Positions 18,587-27,575 of a DNA stretch of 64,000 bases are shown in pieces. Positions within the stretch are counted from its first letter, which is position 1. Each line of letters opens with the position of its first letter. Origin of the DNA: a virus; IMG/VR virus record IMGVR_UViG_3300031788_000002, positions 64,001-128,000 of that record. One strand, given 5' to 3'. The translations under genes were made by a program, and so were the position numbers. The notes beneath the pieces were generated by a model. That model was not told the origin of the DNA. It did no database searches and worked only from the letters and a program-made list of their open reading frames with translations.

Positions 18587-18738
18587 GATTCTTTCTCAAA
18601 GGGTTCCGTGCCGTGCTTCGGGCACTGAAGGACCGAACCGTGCTTCTCGAGCGGGCCGCCACACTTAGGGCAACCCGCGTTCGCTACCTTCTCCCGCTGC
18701 TCCTGATCTACCCGTTCATCAACGCCGAGCTTCTCCAT
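18562..18738 (-). CDS. 58-aa zinc-ribbon protein, not in the ORF track
   Basis: Hand translation: MEKLGVDERVDQEQREKVANAGCPKCGGPLEKHGSVLQCPKHGTEPFEKESCQQRKRP*. CxxC...CxxH; fills the gap between HU and RecA. Confidence 0.7.
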   Translation of the reverse strand: MEKLGVDERVDQEQREKVANAGCPKCGGPLEKHGSVLQCPKHGTEPFEKESCQQRKRP

Positions 18739-19060
18739 AACCGGTCTCCTTGAGCACCGCGCGAAGCCGCGCGGACTTGGAGAAGCATACGCGAATTTGA
18801 AGGTCGACGAACCGTTGGGTTTGCGTTTGCTTACGGCGCCCCTCCTTACCCGCGAGGTAAGTCAGAGAAACCGTACGCTGAACGCGCGAGGTGTAGACGC
18901 GCAGCGTGCCTAAGCCCGGTACGACGACGGTGCCTTGATGCACCAGTTGATCGAGCAGCGCATCGTACAAGGCGTCGGTGATGCTTGAGACACGCTTTCG
19001 GGACAGACCGAGGCGCTGCGCAACCAATGCGTCGAGGGCCAGCTTGTAGGTCTGACTCAT
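18719..19060 (-). CDS. HU/IHF-like DNA-binding protein
   Basis: VAQRLGLS...VVVPGLGTLRV...VCFSKSARLR matches the HU fold pattern. Confidence 0.7.
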   Translation of the reverse strand: MSQTYKLALDALVAQRLGLSRKRVSSITDALYDALLDQLVHQGTVVVPGLGTLRVYTSRVQRTVSLTYLAGKEGRRKQTQTQRFVDLQIRVCFSKSARLRAVLKETGYGEARR

Positions 19061-21084
19061 TAGCCCTTGGCCTCGCCCCAGCTATCCCCCGAGCCACCCT
19101 CTGCAACGAGGGGGCAAAGAAGTTCTTCACTGAAGGGATGTTCCATTATCTCCTGGATGTTGGACATGGCAAAAGGCACGTATTCGGTACGGCACTCAAA
19201 GACGAGTTCGTCATGCACTTGCAGAACGGTGTGACAGTCGTATTCCCGATCAAGGGCCAGGGTATCAATGCTTAATTGTGCCATCATGGTGATGTCGGCC
19301 GCGCTGCCCTGTATGACAGTGTTCACCGCAAGGCGCTCCCCTTGTGCTCGCTCCACTTTATTGGACGACATGATCATGGGGATGTTGCGTCTACGACCGA
19401 GAATGGTGAAGGCGAAGCCTGAGGCGCGTCCTTCTTCCACCGTTTCGGTCATGAAGCGTTCCACGGCGGGATAGGTGCCCTTGTACTTCGCTATCTTGTC
19501 CTTGGCAGCTTGAACGGTGATGCCGAGGTCGTTCGCTAATTTGTTTGGGCCCATACCATAATTGAGCCCGAAGCCGATCGATTTTGCCCCAGTGCGGTCT
19601 TCGGCGCATGCATGCAGGTACTCTTCGAGCGTGCTGCCATAAAGGGTGGCCCGCGTCAGAACACCGGGAAGTACGGTCTCCGCTTCTTGTGCAGCATCGG
19701 TCGGCGACAACTTGGCGATCTTCTTGAGTAACCCCTTGGCTTCATTGATGTCGTCGTAGGACTTGCCGAACATCAGGGAGGCGTTACCGGCGTGGATATC
19801 CCATCCGCGCAAGAAGACGCCGACCATGGTTTGTTCTTGGGCAGCGGCGGCGAGCAGACGCATTTCCAGTTGCGAGTAATCAAAGCCGATGACGGTGTAA
19901 CCGGGGTCCGTAATGAACGCCTTACGTAGGTTCCACTGATCATTCTCAGGGCGAGGTATGTTCTGAAGGTTAGGGTCACTTGAACTTATACGCCCTGTAC
20001 GCGGTGTTTGATTGAAGCTCGAATGAATACGGTCGTAGGTGTCCACTAGCGCATCCAAGCCCACGATGTACGTGCCGTGCAGCTTTTCGTACTCGCGTTT
20101 TTGAATTATCAGCCCGACGACAGGGTCATCGTGTCGATAATGCTCGAGGCTGTCCGCATCCCACGACGGTCGGCGTATGCCGGACTTTCCCCCACTCGTC
20201 CACTTCAGAGGCGTTAGCCCTGTGCTATCCATATACTTGCCTACTTGGATGGATGAATTGGGGTTAAGAGCGAAGCCGGCGCGCATGGTGATCTCGCGCT
20301 CGATCTCCGCAATCTTCTTCTCCGCTTCGGGGCGGGCCGCTGCAAACTGCGCGCGGTTGACTTTGATACCCCGGCGCTCCATTTTCCAAAGCGACCGTGT
20401 GAAGGGAGATGCCACCTTGGTGAAGTAATCCCACAAGGTTTCGATGTACGGCGGCTTGCGGATGAATAGCGAGTACGTGCGCTCGCTTTGAAGTTTTGCG
20501 CGTAGAGATTCGAAGACTTTGAGCGTTCCCCACGCGTCGTTGGCCGCGTACTCTACGAGCAGCCCGAAGTTTTCCCGTTCCGCTTTTTCAATCAGCTGCG
20601 CGGGGGATTGCTTCGCATTGATCCTACCGAACTGATCCTGGAAGTCGGCCCAGGTCCAATTGAGAAGATGCTTCGCGATGAACTTGAGCTTGTGCGACAA
20701 TTGATCGTAAAGCAGGGAATGCATGACCTGGACGCAGTACCACTTGCCAACGAGCGTGTGCCCGAAGTTGGCCAGGATGTGCATGTCGTACTTGGCGTTC
20801 GCCAAGATCCAGGTGATGTTTGGGTTTTGAAAGCAAGGGGTAAAGAGTGGCAACAGGTCTGCGTGCAGGGTGGCGCGTTGCTTACCCCAAGCCAGCGACC
20901 AATAAAGTGGTACGTCTTTCCAGCGAATGAGCCCGGTGGTCTCTGTATCGATGGCGACCTCACGCGTGTTGTACACCTCGCGAATAACCCGTTGAATTTC
21001 ATCGGGGTGTGTAATGGGTCGTGTGGGGAGCGTAGCGTAAGGATGCCCGATGTATTGGGCGGTCGGTAAATCGGTGTTCCACAT
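19060..21084 (-). CDS. polA: Family A DNA polymerase (3'-5' exonuclease + polymerase)
   Basis: DTETTG, NAKYD, YAANDA; TGRISSSDPNLQNIP, DYSQLEMR, KSIGFGLNYG, QGSAADI, QVHDELVFE. Confidence 0.95.
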   Translation of the reverse strand: MWNTDLPTAQYIGHPYATLPTRPITHPDEIQRVIREVYNTREVAIDTETTGLIRWKDVPLYWSLAWGKQRATLHADLLPLFTPCFQNPNITWILANAKYDMHILANFGHTLVGKWYCVQVMHSLLYDQLSHKLKFIAKHLLNWTWADFQDQFGRINAKQSPAQLIEKAERENFGLLVEYAANDAWGTLKVFESLRAKLQSERTYSLFIRKPPYIETLWDYFTKVASPFTRSLWKMERRGIKVNRAQFAAARPEAEKKIAEIEREITMRAGFALNPNSSIQVGKYMDSTGLTPLKWTSGGKSGIRRPSWDADSLEHYRHDDPVVGLIIQKREYEKLHGTYIVGLDALVDTYDRIHSSFNQTPRTGRISSSDPNLQNIPRPENDQWNLRKAFITDPGYTVIGFDYSQLEMRLLAAAAQEQTMVGVFLRGWDIHAGNASLMFGKSYDDINEAKGLLKKIAKLSPTDAAQEAETVLPGVLTRATLYGSTLEEYLHACAEDRTGAKSIGFGLNYGMGPNKLANDLGITVQAAKDKIAKYKGTYPAVERFMTETVEEGRASGFAFTILGRRRNIPMIMSSNKVERAQGERLAVNTVIQGSAADITMMAQLSIDTLALDREYDCHTVLQVHDELVFECRTEYVPFAMSNIQEIMEHPFSEELLCPLVAEGGSGDSWGEAKG

Positions 21085-21112
21085 GCAAAGGCGCTTTCAA
21101 AGTAGAACGTTT

Positions 21113-21139
21113 GCGCCCGCGTCCCCGAAACGCGGGCGC
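21113..21139. promoter_or_regulatory. Intergenic 10-bp hairpin between the SSB-like gene and polA
   Basis: GCGCCCGCGT-N7-ACGCGGGCGC; no clean U-tract. Confidence 0.5.
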
Positions 21140-21152
21140 CAAAACGCGCGGG

Positions 21153-22511
21153 TTACTGACCCTGCTGCCCGGAGAAGGGGGGCCAGCCGGGCAGGTTCAT
21201 AGAGGGGGGCGAGAAGGCGGGCTGTGCCTGTGAAGCGGGCCAGATGGGCATTCCCCCGTTTGGCATAGCGGGCGCTGCCATCGATGCGGGGGGCGTTGGC
21301 ATCAGGGGTTGCTGCGCAAAGGTTGGCGGGGTGAAGACGGGGTACGGCGCCGGTGCGGCAGGCATCGCGGTCTGCATGGGGGGATTGAAGGTTGGGTACG
21401 CGACCGGTACCTGCGTCTGGGAGGCAGGGCCCTTAGGAATGCCCCAAAGCTTGCGCTGTTCTTCGAGGGGCGTCGGCGCGAACTTCGCATCGAGGCGCAA
21501 CGGTTTGATGTTGGCCGCCGTCGCTGCGTCCACTTGAATTGGTCGCGGGTTCGATCGGTTGGTGGGCAACAACGCGGTCTGGTTGTTCTTACCCGTAGGG
21601 ATCGCCGTGAGCTCGAGGTCTTCATCGAAGAGCGTCGCGCGCTGGGGCGTCAGGTTGTACTGAGCGCACGCACGGCACGACAAGACCTCACGAACGAAGA
21701 GCACTTGCCCGCAGAGGGCGCAGCCGTAGGGTGCGTTCAGCTTTTTGGTCTGCTCTGCATTCAAGGTTGTCGTGCGCAGGTCGACAACCAGTGCGCCACA
21801 CGAGGGGTTACCGCACATCTTGGCCGTGCAGATGATGGAGGCTTGGCTACCGCACGTTACACAATCTGTGCAGATGGTTTGGTCCATGTAGCCAAAGAGT
21901 TGTTCCTTGTGCATGGCGAACATCGGCCAGGGGATTAGATTTCCGATTTTGTACTCGTACTGGCCGACCCGTTGGTCATTGGGCGCTACGGGAACCCAGT
22001 CGTAGTACGGCTGTCCCGTTGAGGGGTTTCTGGCGTCGCTCGGAAGTTTGCACCACAGACCGTAGTCGTACCAAGTAAAGCCGAACTGCGGGGTGTTCGA
22101 CATGTACTTACCACGATCTTCTTTTCCAGAGCCCCAGTACATGTCACATCCAAGGCAAGGCTCACGACGATTCTTGTCCATGCGCAGAGGCCCTGCGCAG
22201 CACACCGCCGTCTTTTTACTCGTGGGGTGACGGTGTACGTAAAAGGGGAAGTACTCGAGCGTCTCCTCTACAATCGTGTTGTCCTCGAGCACGTAGGGGA
22301 CGACGTACTTTCCCGGGATGAAGCGACCCATGCGTGGATGATCCGGGAGGCGGAACGTATCCTTCCAGTAGGGGCCTCCCCCGCCAGCCTTCCGCGATTC
22401 CCGTGACTCCGCCTCACACTGCTTACGGTAGTGCTCCCGTTGATTCGCCGTGCCACCCCCGAAGGGCGTGACATGCGTCAAATCCCGCGGGTCTTTTCCA
22501 AATGCTGCCAT
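21153..22511 (-). CDS. Putative ssDNA-binding protein (gp32-like) with multiple Zn-binding Cys motifs and a P/Q/M-rich tail
   Basis: H...CC...CLGC core plus several CxxC pairs; lies between primase and polA; GGAG RBS. Confidence 0.45.
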   Translation of the reverse strand: MAAFGKDPRDLTHVTPFGGGTANQREHYRKQCEAESRESRKAGGGGPYWKDTFRLPDHPRMGRFIPGKYVVPYVLEDNTIVEETLEYFPFYVHRHPTSKKTAVCCAGPLRMDKNRREPCLGCDMYWGSGKEDRGKYMSNTPQFGFTWYDYGLWCKLPSDARNPSTGQPYYDWVPVAPNDQRVGQYEYKIGNLIPWPMFAMHKEQLFGYMDQTICTDCVTCGSQASIICTAKMCGNPSCGALVVDLRTTTLNAEQTKKLNAPYGCALCGQVLFVREVLSCRACAQYNLTPQRATLFDEDLELTAIPTGKNNQTALLPTNRSNPRPIQVDAATAANIKPLRLDAKFAPTPLEEQRKLWGIPKGPASQTQVPVAYPTFNPPMQTAMPAAPAPYPVFTPPTFAQQPLMPTPPASMAAPAMPNGGMPIWPASQAQPAFSPPSMNLPGWPPFSGQQGQ

Positions 22512-22529
22512 ACGTTCTCCTCTGGCCCT

Positions 22530-23657
22530 TTAGGCGTTACTTACAGGGACTGTGCCCTCTTTTTTGTTAAGCCAAGTGCTGTACGGTACGGCGTCGAAGA
22601 GCTGTTCCCAGACTTCTTCCGCCGTTAAGTTATCGGGTTGGGCATCTTCGTCATCGAGCAAACGGGGTGGGTATTCAATGACGTGGGCGTTGAGAGTGCT
22701 TCCCAGGGAGGGGCCGTCGTAGCGGCGGTACGCGCGCATTAGTTCCTCCCCGGGGTCTTGGTGAAAGCGGATCTGGTAGGGGTCCACGGCGTAGCGCTTT
22801 GTTTGCTGAAGAACTTGCCCGGCGTTGTACGTGCCACGGATTCCCGCGGCGTTGTTATCGAGGAAGAAGTACACTTTCCCGCCAAACTTTTCAATCAGCC
22901 AGCGGTGCTCCCAGGAGAAGTAAGAGCCCATCAAGCCGATCACATTCTTGATGCCGGCTTGCCAGACCCACATGCACGCTTTGTATCCTTCTACAACAAC
23001 CAAAAAGCTATGCTCGGGTCTGTGCACAAGGAGAGAAGGAAGCACGTTATGCAAGTTGTAAAGGACCTTGCGTCGATCCCAGGGGCCGCGCTCGGGTAGA
23101 CCCCACAAGAGGTATTCCTTGTTGTAGATTTTGTAGCGGGGGCGCACATCCTTGTGGAGCGTACGTCCGTTGATACCCACGAGGCGCCCGAGGGTATCGC
23201 GAATGGGGTACGTGATGCGGTCGTGCCAATGGTCAAAGCCGACGTCGAAGTAGCGCAGCGTTTCTTCCTTGAACCCGGCCATTAGAAGTGAAGGGATGGT
23301 GTATCCATCAAAAAAGCCAAGGGCGCCTTCAGGCAGAGGCGCCAGGCTGTAGACCCCCGGGTCGAGGGGGTCAGGCCCCGGGGGGGTTGTACGCCGCGCG
23401 GCCTCGATGAGGTCTTTGTACTGAAGGTCGATGAGCTGATGGGAAACGCCTACCCCGCGCAAAAAGGTGAGCAGGTTTCCCTTGGCGTGACAGGAGTGGC
23501 AGAAGTAAACGCCGTTCAGGATGTTCATCGCGAAGGACGCGGTGGCATCATCATGAAACGGGCACAGGGCCATCACGTTCTCCGAACCGGAGGGCCGTAC
23601 GTTCTCGAGGAACTTGTAAGCGATATCCAGAATCTCGGAGTGAACGTCGTAGGTCAA
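22530..23657 (-). CDS. DnaG-type primase
   Basis: CHC2 finger CPFHDD...CHSC; TOPRIM VVEG...FLDNN. Confidence 0.85.
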   Translation of the reverse strand: MTYDVHSEILDIAYKFLENVRPSGSENVMALCPFHDDATASFAMNILNGVYFCHSCHAKGNLLTFLRGVGVSHQLIDLQYKDLIEAARRTTPPGPDPLDPGVYSLAPLPEGALGFFDGYTIPSLLMAGFKEETLRYFDVGFDHWHDRITYPIRDTLGRLVGINGRTLHKDVRPRYKIYNKEYLLWGLPERGPWDRRKVLYNLHNVLPSLLVHRPEHSFLVVVEGYKACMWVWQAGIKNVIGLMGSYFSWEHRWLIEKFGGKVYFFLDNNAAGIRGTYNAGQVLQQTKRYAVDPYQIRFHQDPGEELMRAYRRYDGPSLGSTLNAHVIEYPPRLLDDEDAQPDNLTAEEVWEQLFDAVPYSTWLNKKEGTVPVSNA

Positions 23658-25111
23658 TGAACCATCCCCGCGACCTCAGCTGCCCCCTTAGAAATCTCAG
23701 CGGATTCTTGTTTATTTATTAGAGGGCGTGGAGGCTTAACAGCAGAAGCTTGCTTTGACTGCGCTTCGGTTTTCAGGACCGCTTGCGCTTCCTTGTCGGA
23801 TAGTTCGCCGTAGTAAGAAAAGTTGTGGGCGGGCATTCCGTGGATACGAAAACCGGAGAGCTTATAGCGTCGACATGCGCCCCCCATAACGAGGGCCAGC
23901 GTGTTGGCTCCCTTCTTCCACTCATTGATAACGCGAATGAGCATGGTGGCGTCTTGGCCAAGGGAGTCGGAGAACGCGACCTCTTCCGTGTTGGCGTCTT
24001 CATTCTTCGCGGCGTCCCGGTTGGCTTGAACGCTGGCGATGACGGGTATTTTCATATGAAGCACCACCTGCCGTAGGGCGCGGCTGATGTTGGCAACCCG
24101 CTCGTTAGGTTTCTTCGAACCGTGCAGGTCACTCATGAGGTACATGCCGTCGACGAATACAATGTGCGGTTTGTAGCGATCGATCTTCGATTCGAGCCAC
24201 GCGACGGTGTCCTGTCCAGGACGAACGTCTTGTGCCGAAAGGCATACGAAGGTCATGCGCTGTTTTAGAAGGCGCAACGAGTCGGCCACACAGTAGAAGC
24301 TATCGCGTTCTTCAGGCGTTAGACGCCCTGCGGTGAAGCGCTCGTAATCAACTCCAGCCATGGTGCAGCCGATGCGTTCGAAGATCTCATCGGCGTCCAT
24401 TTCCTTAGAGTAAATGAGAATGCGATAGGCAGGGTCGAGATCGATGATGAAGGCGGCGAGGTAACAAATGATCCAGCTCTTCATCGACTTCGGGCGTCCG
24501 TAGACGATGATGTAGTCGGTGCTTCGAATACCGAGCGTCGCCTTTTGAAGAGGTTCCCAAGGCCAGGGGCATACGGAAACCCGTTCCCCACGTGCCGCGG
24601 CTAAATAATTGTTCCAGACGCGGGGCATGGCGTCGGAGGCATGCACATCGATCTTACGCGGCGTGCAATCGTTGCGAAGGCTTGCCGCAGCTTCTTGAAG
24701 AAAGCCGACGGCGCGTGCCGGGTCCACTTCCACCAACTCGCCGACTTGCGCAACGAGCTGCCTCGTTTGAACCTTGATCCGGTCCTTGCGCACCTCAGCG
24801 CAAAGAGCGTCGGTGGTCATTGATTTATCGTCGCAGAGGGCAAAGTGAGGAAACTTCTGCATCAGCGCTTGGGGACCCCAAACGCTGCCCATGGTCTCCG
24901 GCGCGGAGTAGTAACCGAGGAGCTGAGTAAAGAAGCCCTTGGTTTCGGACATTGTGAAGTCGTCGTGCGTAATCCCCCATTGCACGACCGAGTTCAGGTC
25001 GCCGTTACTAATGATGCGCGATACGAGCTGATGCTGCCAACTGTACAGGGTACGGCGCTCCTTTCCTGCCCCCAGGATTGTTACGGGGGGTGACGACGGT
25101 ACGTCCCCCAT
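23654..25111 (-). CDS. DnaB-like replicative helicase
   Basis: Walker A variant GRPKSMKS, SKEM, IVFVDG, QANR, SDSLGQDA; start position uncertain. Confidence 0.8.
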   Translation of the reverse strand: MGDVPSSPPVTILGAGKERRTLYSWQHQLVSRIISNGDLNSVVQWGITHDDFTMSETKGFFTQLLGYYSAPETMGSVWGPQALMQKFPHFALCDDKSMTTDALCAEVRKDRIKVQTRQLVAQVGELVEVDPARAVGFLQEAAASLRNDCTPRKIDVHASDAMPRVWNNYLAAARGERVSVCPWPWEPLQKATLGIRSTDYIIVYGRPKSMKSWIICYLAAFIIDLDPAYRILIYSKEMDADEIFERIGCTMAGVDYERFTAGRLTPEERDSFYCVADSLRLLKQRMTFVCLSAQDVRPGQDTVAWLESKIDRYKPHIVFVDGMYLMSDLHGSKKPNERVANISRALRQVVLHMKIPVIASVQANRDAAKNEDANTEEVAFSDSLGQDATMLIRVINEWKKGANTLALVMGGACRRYKLSGFRIHGMPAHNFSYYGELSDKEAQAVLKTEAQSKQASAVKPPRPLINKQESAEISKGAAEVAGMVH

Positions 25112-25174
25112 GCGGTCTGCGCAATGAGGGACATTGGTACTACTAGGTGTGGTAGTTAGGAGACAGCGATCCCA

Positions 25175-25501
25175 CTACATATCGGGGACGTCGCTACCGG
25201 TCAGGTGCTCCGCGAGACCCATTGCCTGGGTTTTCGGTAGAGAGACAGCTCCAGGCCCGTCTACCCCATCTGAGAAAACGGTGCGTGCAACGTCCCCTTC
25301 CAGACAAGCGACAAACTGACGAAATGCGTCTTGGGTCGCTGGGCTCCATACGTTGCCGGTATGACGAATGAAAGCGGACACCCGCGTGGTAGGATTCATT
25401 AAAGCGCTGAGCACTTGAATCTCGGGTGTGTTTTTGGTGTAGTCGATGGTGAGACGCGCTAGCTGCACGCGTGTAAGAGAGCTGGTTCCATCAACGGGCA
25501 C
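25175..25501 (-). CDS. Hypothetical protein, 108 aa
   Basis: AAGGA RBS; operon packing. Confidence 0.5.
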   Translation of the reverse strand: MPVDGTSSLTRVQLARLTIDYTKNTPEIQVLSALMNPTTRVSAFIRHTGNVWSPATQDAFRQFVACLEGDVARTVFSDGVDGPGAVSLPKTQAMGLAEHLTGSDVPDM

Positions 25502-25510
25502 AGCGATTCC

Positions 25511-25834
25511 TTAAAGGATAGGAAGGCCCGCCGCGGCGGCGCCCTCGTTGAGAAGGCGTCGTCCCGTAATGAAACACGCCTCAGTGGTAAACGACAGCGC
25601 ACCCTCGGCGGAGGGGCAAGGACACGTCAAGGTGACGGTGTACCGTTGCTTGCTGTAGTCCTCGGAAGCGGTGGACAAGAGCACCGCAACAGTGCTTGTG
25701 AGTTCCCCCTTCTGTTCAGCGAAATGAGCTTGCTGTGCCATCAAGCGGAAGGGGTCTTCTTCCAAAGCGCCGCCGCTTTGTTGCGGAGAAATCCCGTACT
25801 TCTCGTAGAGGGCGTGCCAAGCGGGCGTGATCAT
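25511..25834 (-). CDS. Hypothetical protein, 107 aa
   Basis: ATGA overlap with the upstream gene. Confidence 0.5.
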   Translation of the reverse strand: MITPAWHALYEKYGISPQQSGGALEEDPFRLMAQQAHFAEQKGELTSTVAVLLSTASEDYSKQRYTVTLTCPCPSAEGALSFTTEACFITGRRLLNEGAAAAGLPIL

Positions 25835-26262
25835 GGAAGTACCATCGGCGGGGGTACGTGATAGTTCGGGGTTACCTTGATAACCTCGTCAACGACATCC
25901 TTGGGGATTAGCCTTTTCTCAGCGGCCAGCTGAAGCTTCTTCGGATCGATTTTGTAGACGACCTTGTTGGTGATCGTTCCCCCTGCGGAGAGAAAGGCAT
26001 CGTGTCCCACGGCCGCATAAAGAGCGTCGGCGTTCACGGTGGTGGTTTTTTGGTAGAACTCGAAGTCGCTGCAGGAGACACCGAGACCCCGCACGGCTTT
26101 CTCTGCATCTTCCCGCGTTGTGTTGTACGCTTCCAGCAAGCCATCAAGCACTAGAAAGAATGCTTGATTGGCTTGCTTGAATGCTTGCAGATTGCTCTTG
26201 GCGTTTTCAAACGCCGCCACTTCCGGGACCTTGCTTGAATCGACGTCGTTGTGTCTCACCAT
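25831..26262 (-). CDS. Hypothetical protein, 143 aa
   Basis: GAGGAG RBS; operon packing. Confidence 0.55.
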   Translation of the reverse strand: MVRHNDVDSSKVPEVAAFENAKSNLQAFKQANQAFFLVLDGLLEAYNTTREDAEKAVRGLGVSCSDFEFYQKTTTVNADALYAAVGHDAFLSAGGTITNKVVYKIDPKKLQLAAEKRLIPKDVVDEVIKVTPNYHVPPPMVLP

Positions 26263-27122
26263 TCCTCCTCACCCGCAGCGCCATCAAGCTGCGACGCACT
26301 GACTGTTTCAGGGGCTACGACCTCGCCGTAAACCGTTTGCATGTAGCTTGCGTAGTACCGTTTGACGGCGCTGAGCCCGGATGCAAACTTCTCTTTGGGA
26401 CTGCCCGTGCTCTTGTCAGAGAAGCAACGAAGAACGTAGGCAGGGTGAAGCAAGGGCACGACGGGGTATTCCACGACGCTTTGCTGCGTGGGCATGATGT
26501 ATTCCCCGCGCACCTTGTGACGCCACACGCCCTTCGGCGTGAGCTGCGCGCGATGACCTGCGCCGGGAAGCTTCAAAACGGTGCCCGGGGCACCCACCAT
26601 GTCGGGTTTCAGCTCCCCGGATTCTTGAAGTACTTTGAGTGATCGTCCGAGAACGGCTTCGGCCGCTGTGGCTCCCAGGGTTACGATGAGAATTGGATCC
26701 ACCGCGTAGATTTCTTGTTGAAGGCGCGGTAGACACGCGGCCCGCTGAACAGTATTGGGGGCTTCATCTTGTTCGACGGGTAAAGAAACGCCTTTGCGCG
26801 TTACGAACTTCTGGCGTCCTTCACCATCCAGTTGATAGATGAAGGAGCGGCAGCACACGGCGTTTGTGATGTAGAAGTGCTTGATGCCGATGGCTTCAAG
26901 AACGGTGCGCAGGAAGCGACCACTCTTGCCTATGAAGGGGCGCCCCTCTTCGTTTTCCTCACGTCCAGGGCCTTCGCCGATGAACATGATGGCACCCTGA
27001 GCGCCTTCGCCGAATACGAAGGCGCCCCCGGTTTCTTGCCGGACCTGCCCAAGATTGCAGGCCGTACAGGTCTCCCATTCTTGTCGAAGAACGGTGAGGC
27101 TCTTTCGGTAGTCAGGGGTCAT
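26256..27122 (-). CDS. Family 4 uracil-DNA glycosylase
   Basis: CTACNL, VFGEG, IGEGPGREENEEGRPFIGKSG, ITNAVCCR, LGATA, HPAY. Confidence 0.9.
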   Translation of the reverse strand: MTPDYRKSLTVLRQEWETCTACNLGQVRQETGGAFVFGEGAQGAIMFIGEGPGREENEEGRPFIGKSGRFLRTVLEAIGIKHFYITNAVCCRSFIYQLDGEGRQKFVTRKGVSLPVEQDEAPNTVQRAACLPRLQQEIYAVDPILIVTLGATAAEAVLGRSLKVLQESGELKPDMVGAPGTVLKLPGAGHRAQLTPKGVWRHKVRGEYIMPTQQSVVEYPVVPLLHPAYVLRCFSDKSTGSPKEKFASGLSAVKRYYASYMQTVYGEVVAPETVSASQLDGAAGEEEW

Positions 27123-27125
27123 GAA

Positions 27126-27575
27126 TCAACCAAGAAGGATTTTCTTCGCGTCTCTTGTGCCTTCGTTCGGCAAGGACTTTGCCAGGGTCAAGTTGGCGCT
27201 TTGCGCTCGAGCGCGAAGCAGCCCGGTTAGCAGGTTCTCACGCATGCTGCTGTAGGCGCGCGCCTCTTCTTCTTCCATCTCGGAGAACCGTCGGATGTTC
27301 TCGATGTGTACCGTGAGCGTAACCGGCGCGTTGGACAGGTCGAGAGGCAGCAATACCGGGTCGTAGGCCGCGTGGAGGATGCCCTGCGGGGTTGGAACAC
27401 GAATCGGTGCGCAGTGCAGCTCGAAGGCATCGTAGACGGTTGCAACGTCGCCGGCCTGGGCCTTGTGGTACCGGCACCCATCGCCAATGCGGCAAACCAG
27501 CCGACGGGTGCCCGAATCCACTACCGCCCAAACAGTTCCATCGTTGTTGCTGGGGGCTTCATTCTTGATTTCCAT
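27126..27575 (-). CDS. Hypothetical protein, about 149 aa
   Basis: Likely ATG at 27575 (MEIKNEAP); the longer track start overlaps the helicase gene. Confidence 0.5.
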   Translation of the reverse strand: MEIKNEAPSNNDGTVWAVVDSGTRRLVCRIGDGCRYHKAQAGDVATVYDAFELHCAPIRVPTPQGILHAAYDPVLLPLDLSNAPVTLTVHIENIRRFSEMEEEEARAYSSMRENLLTGLLRARAQSANLTLAKSLPNEGTRDAKKILLG

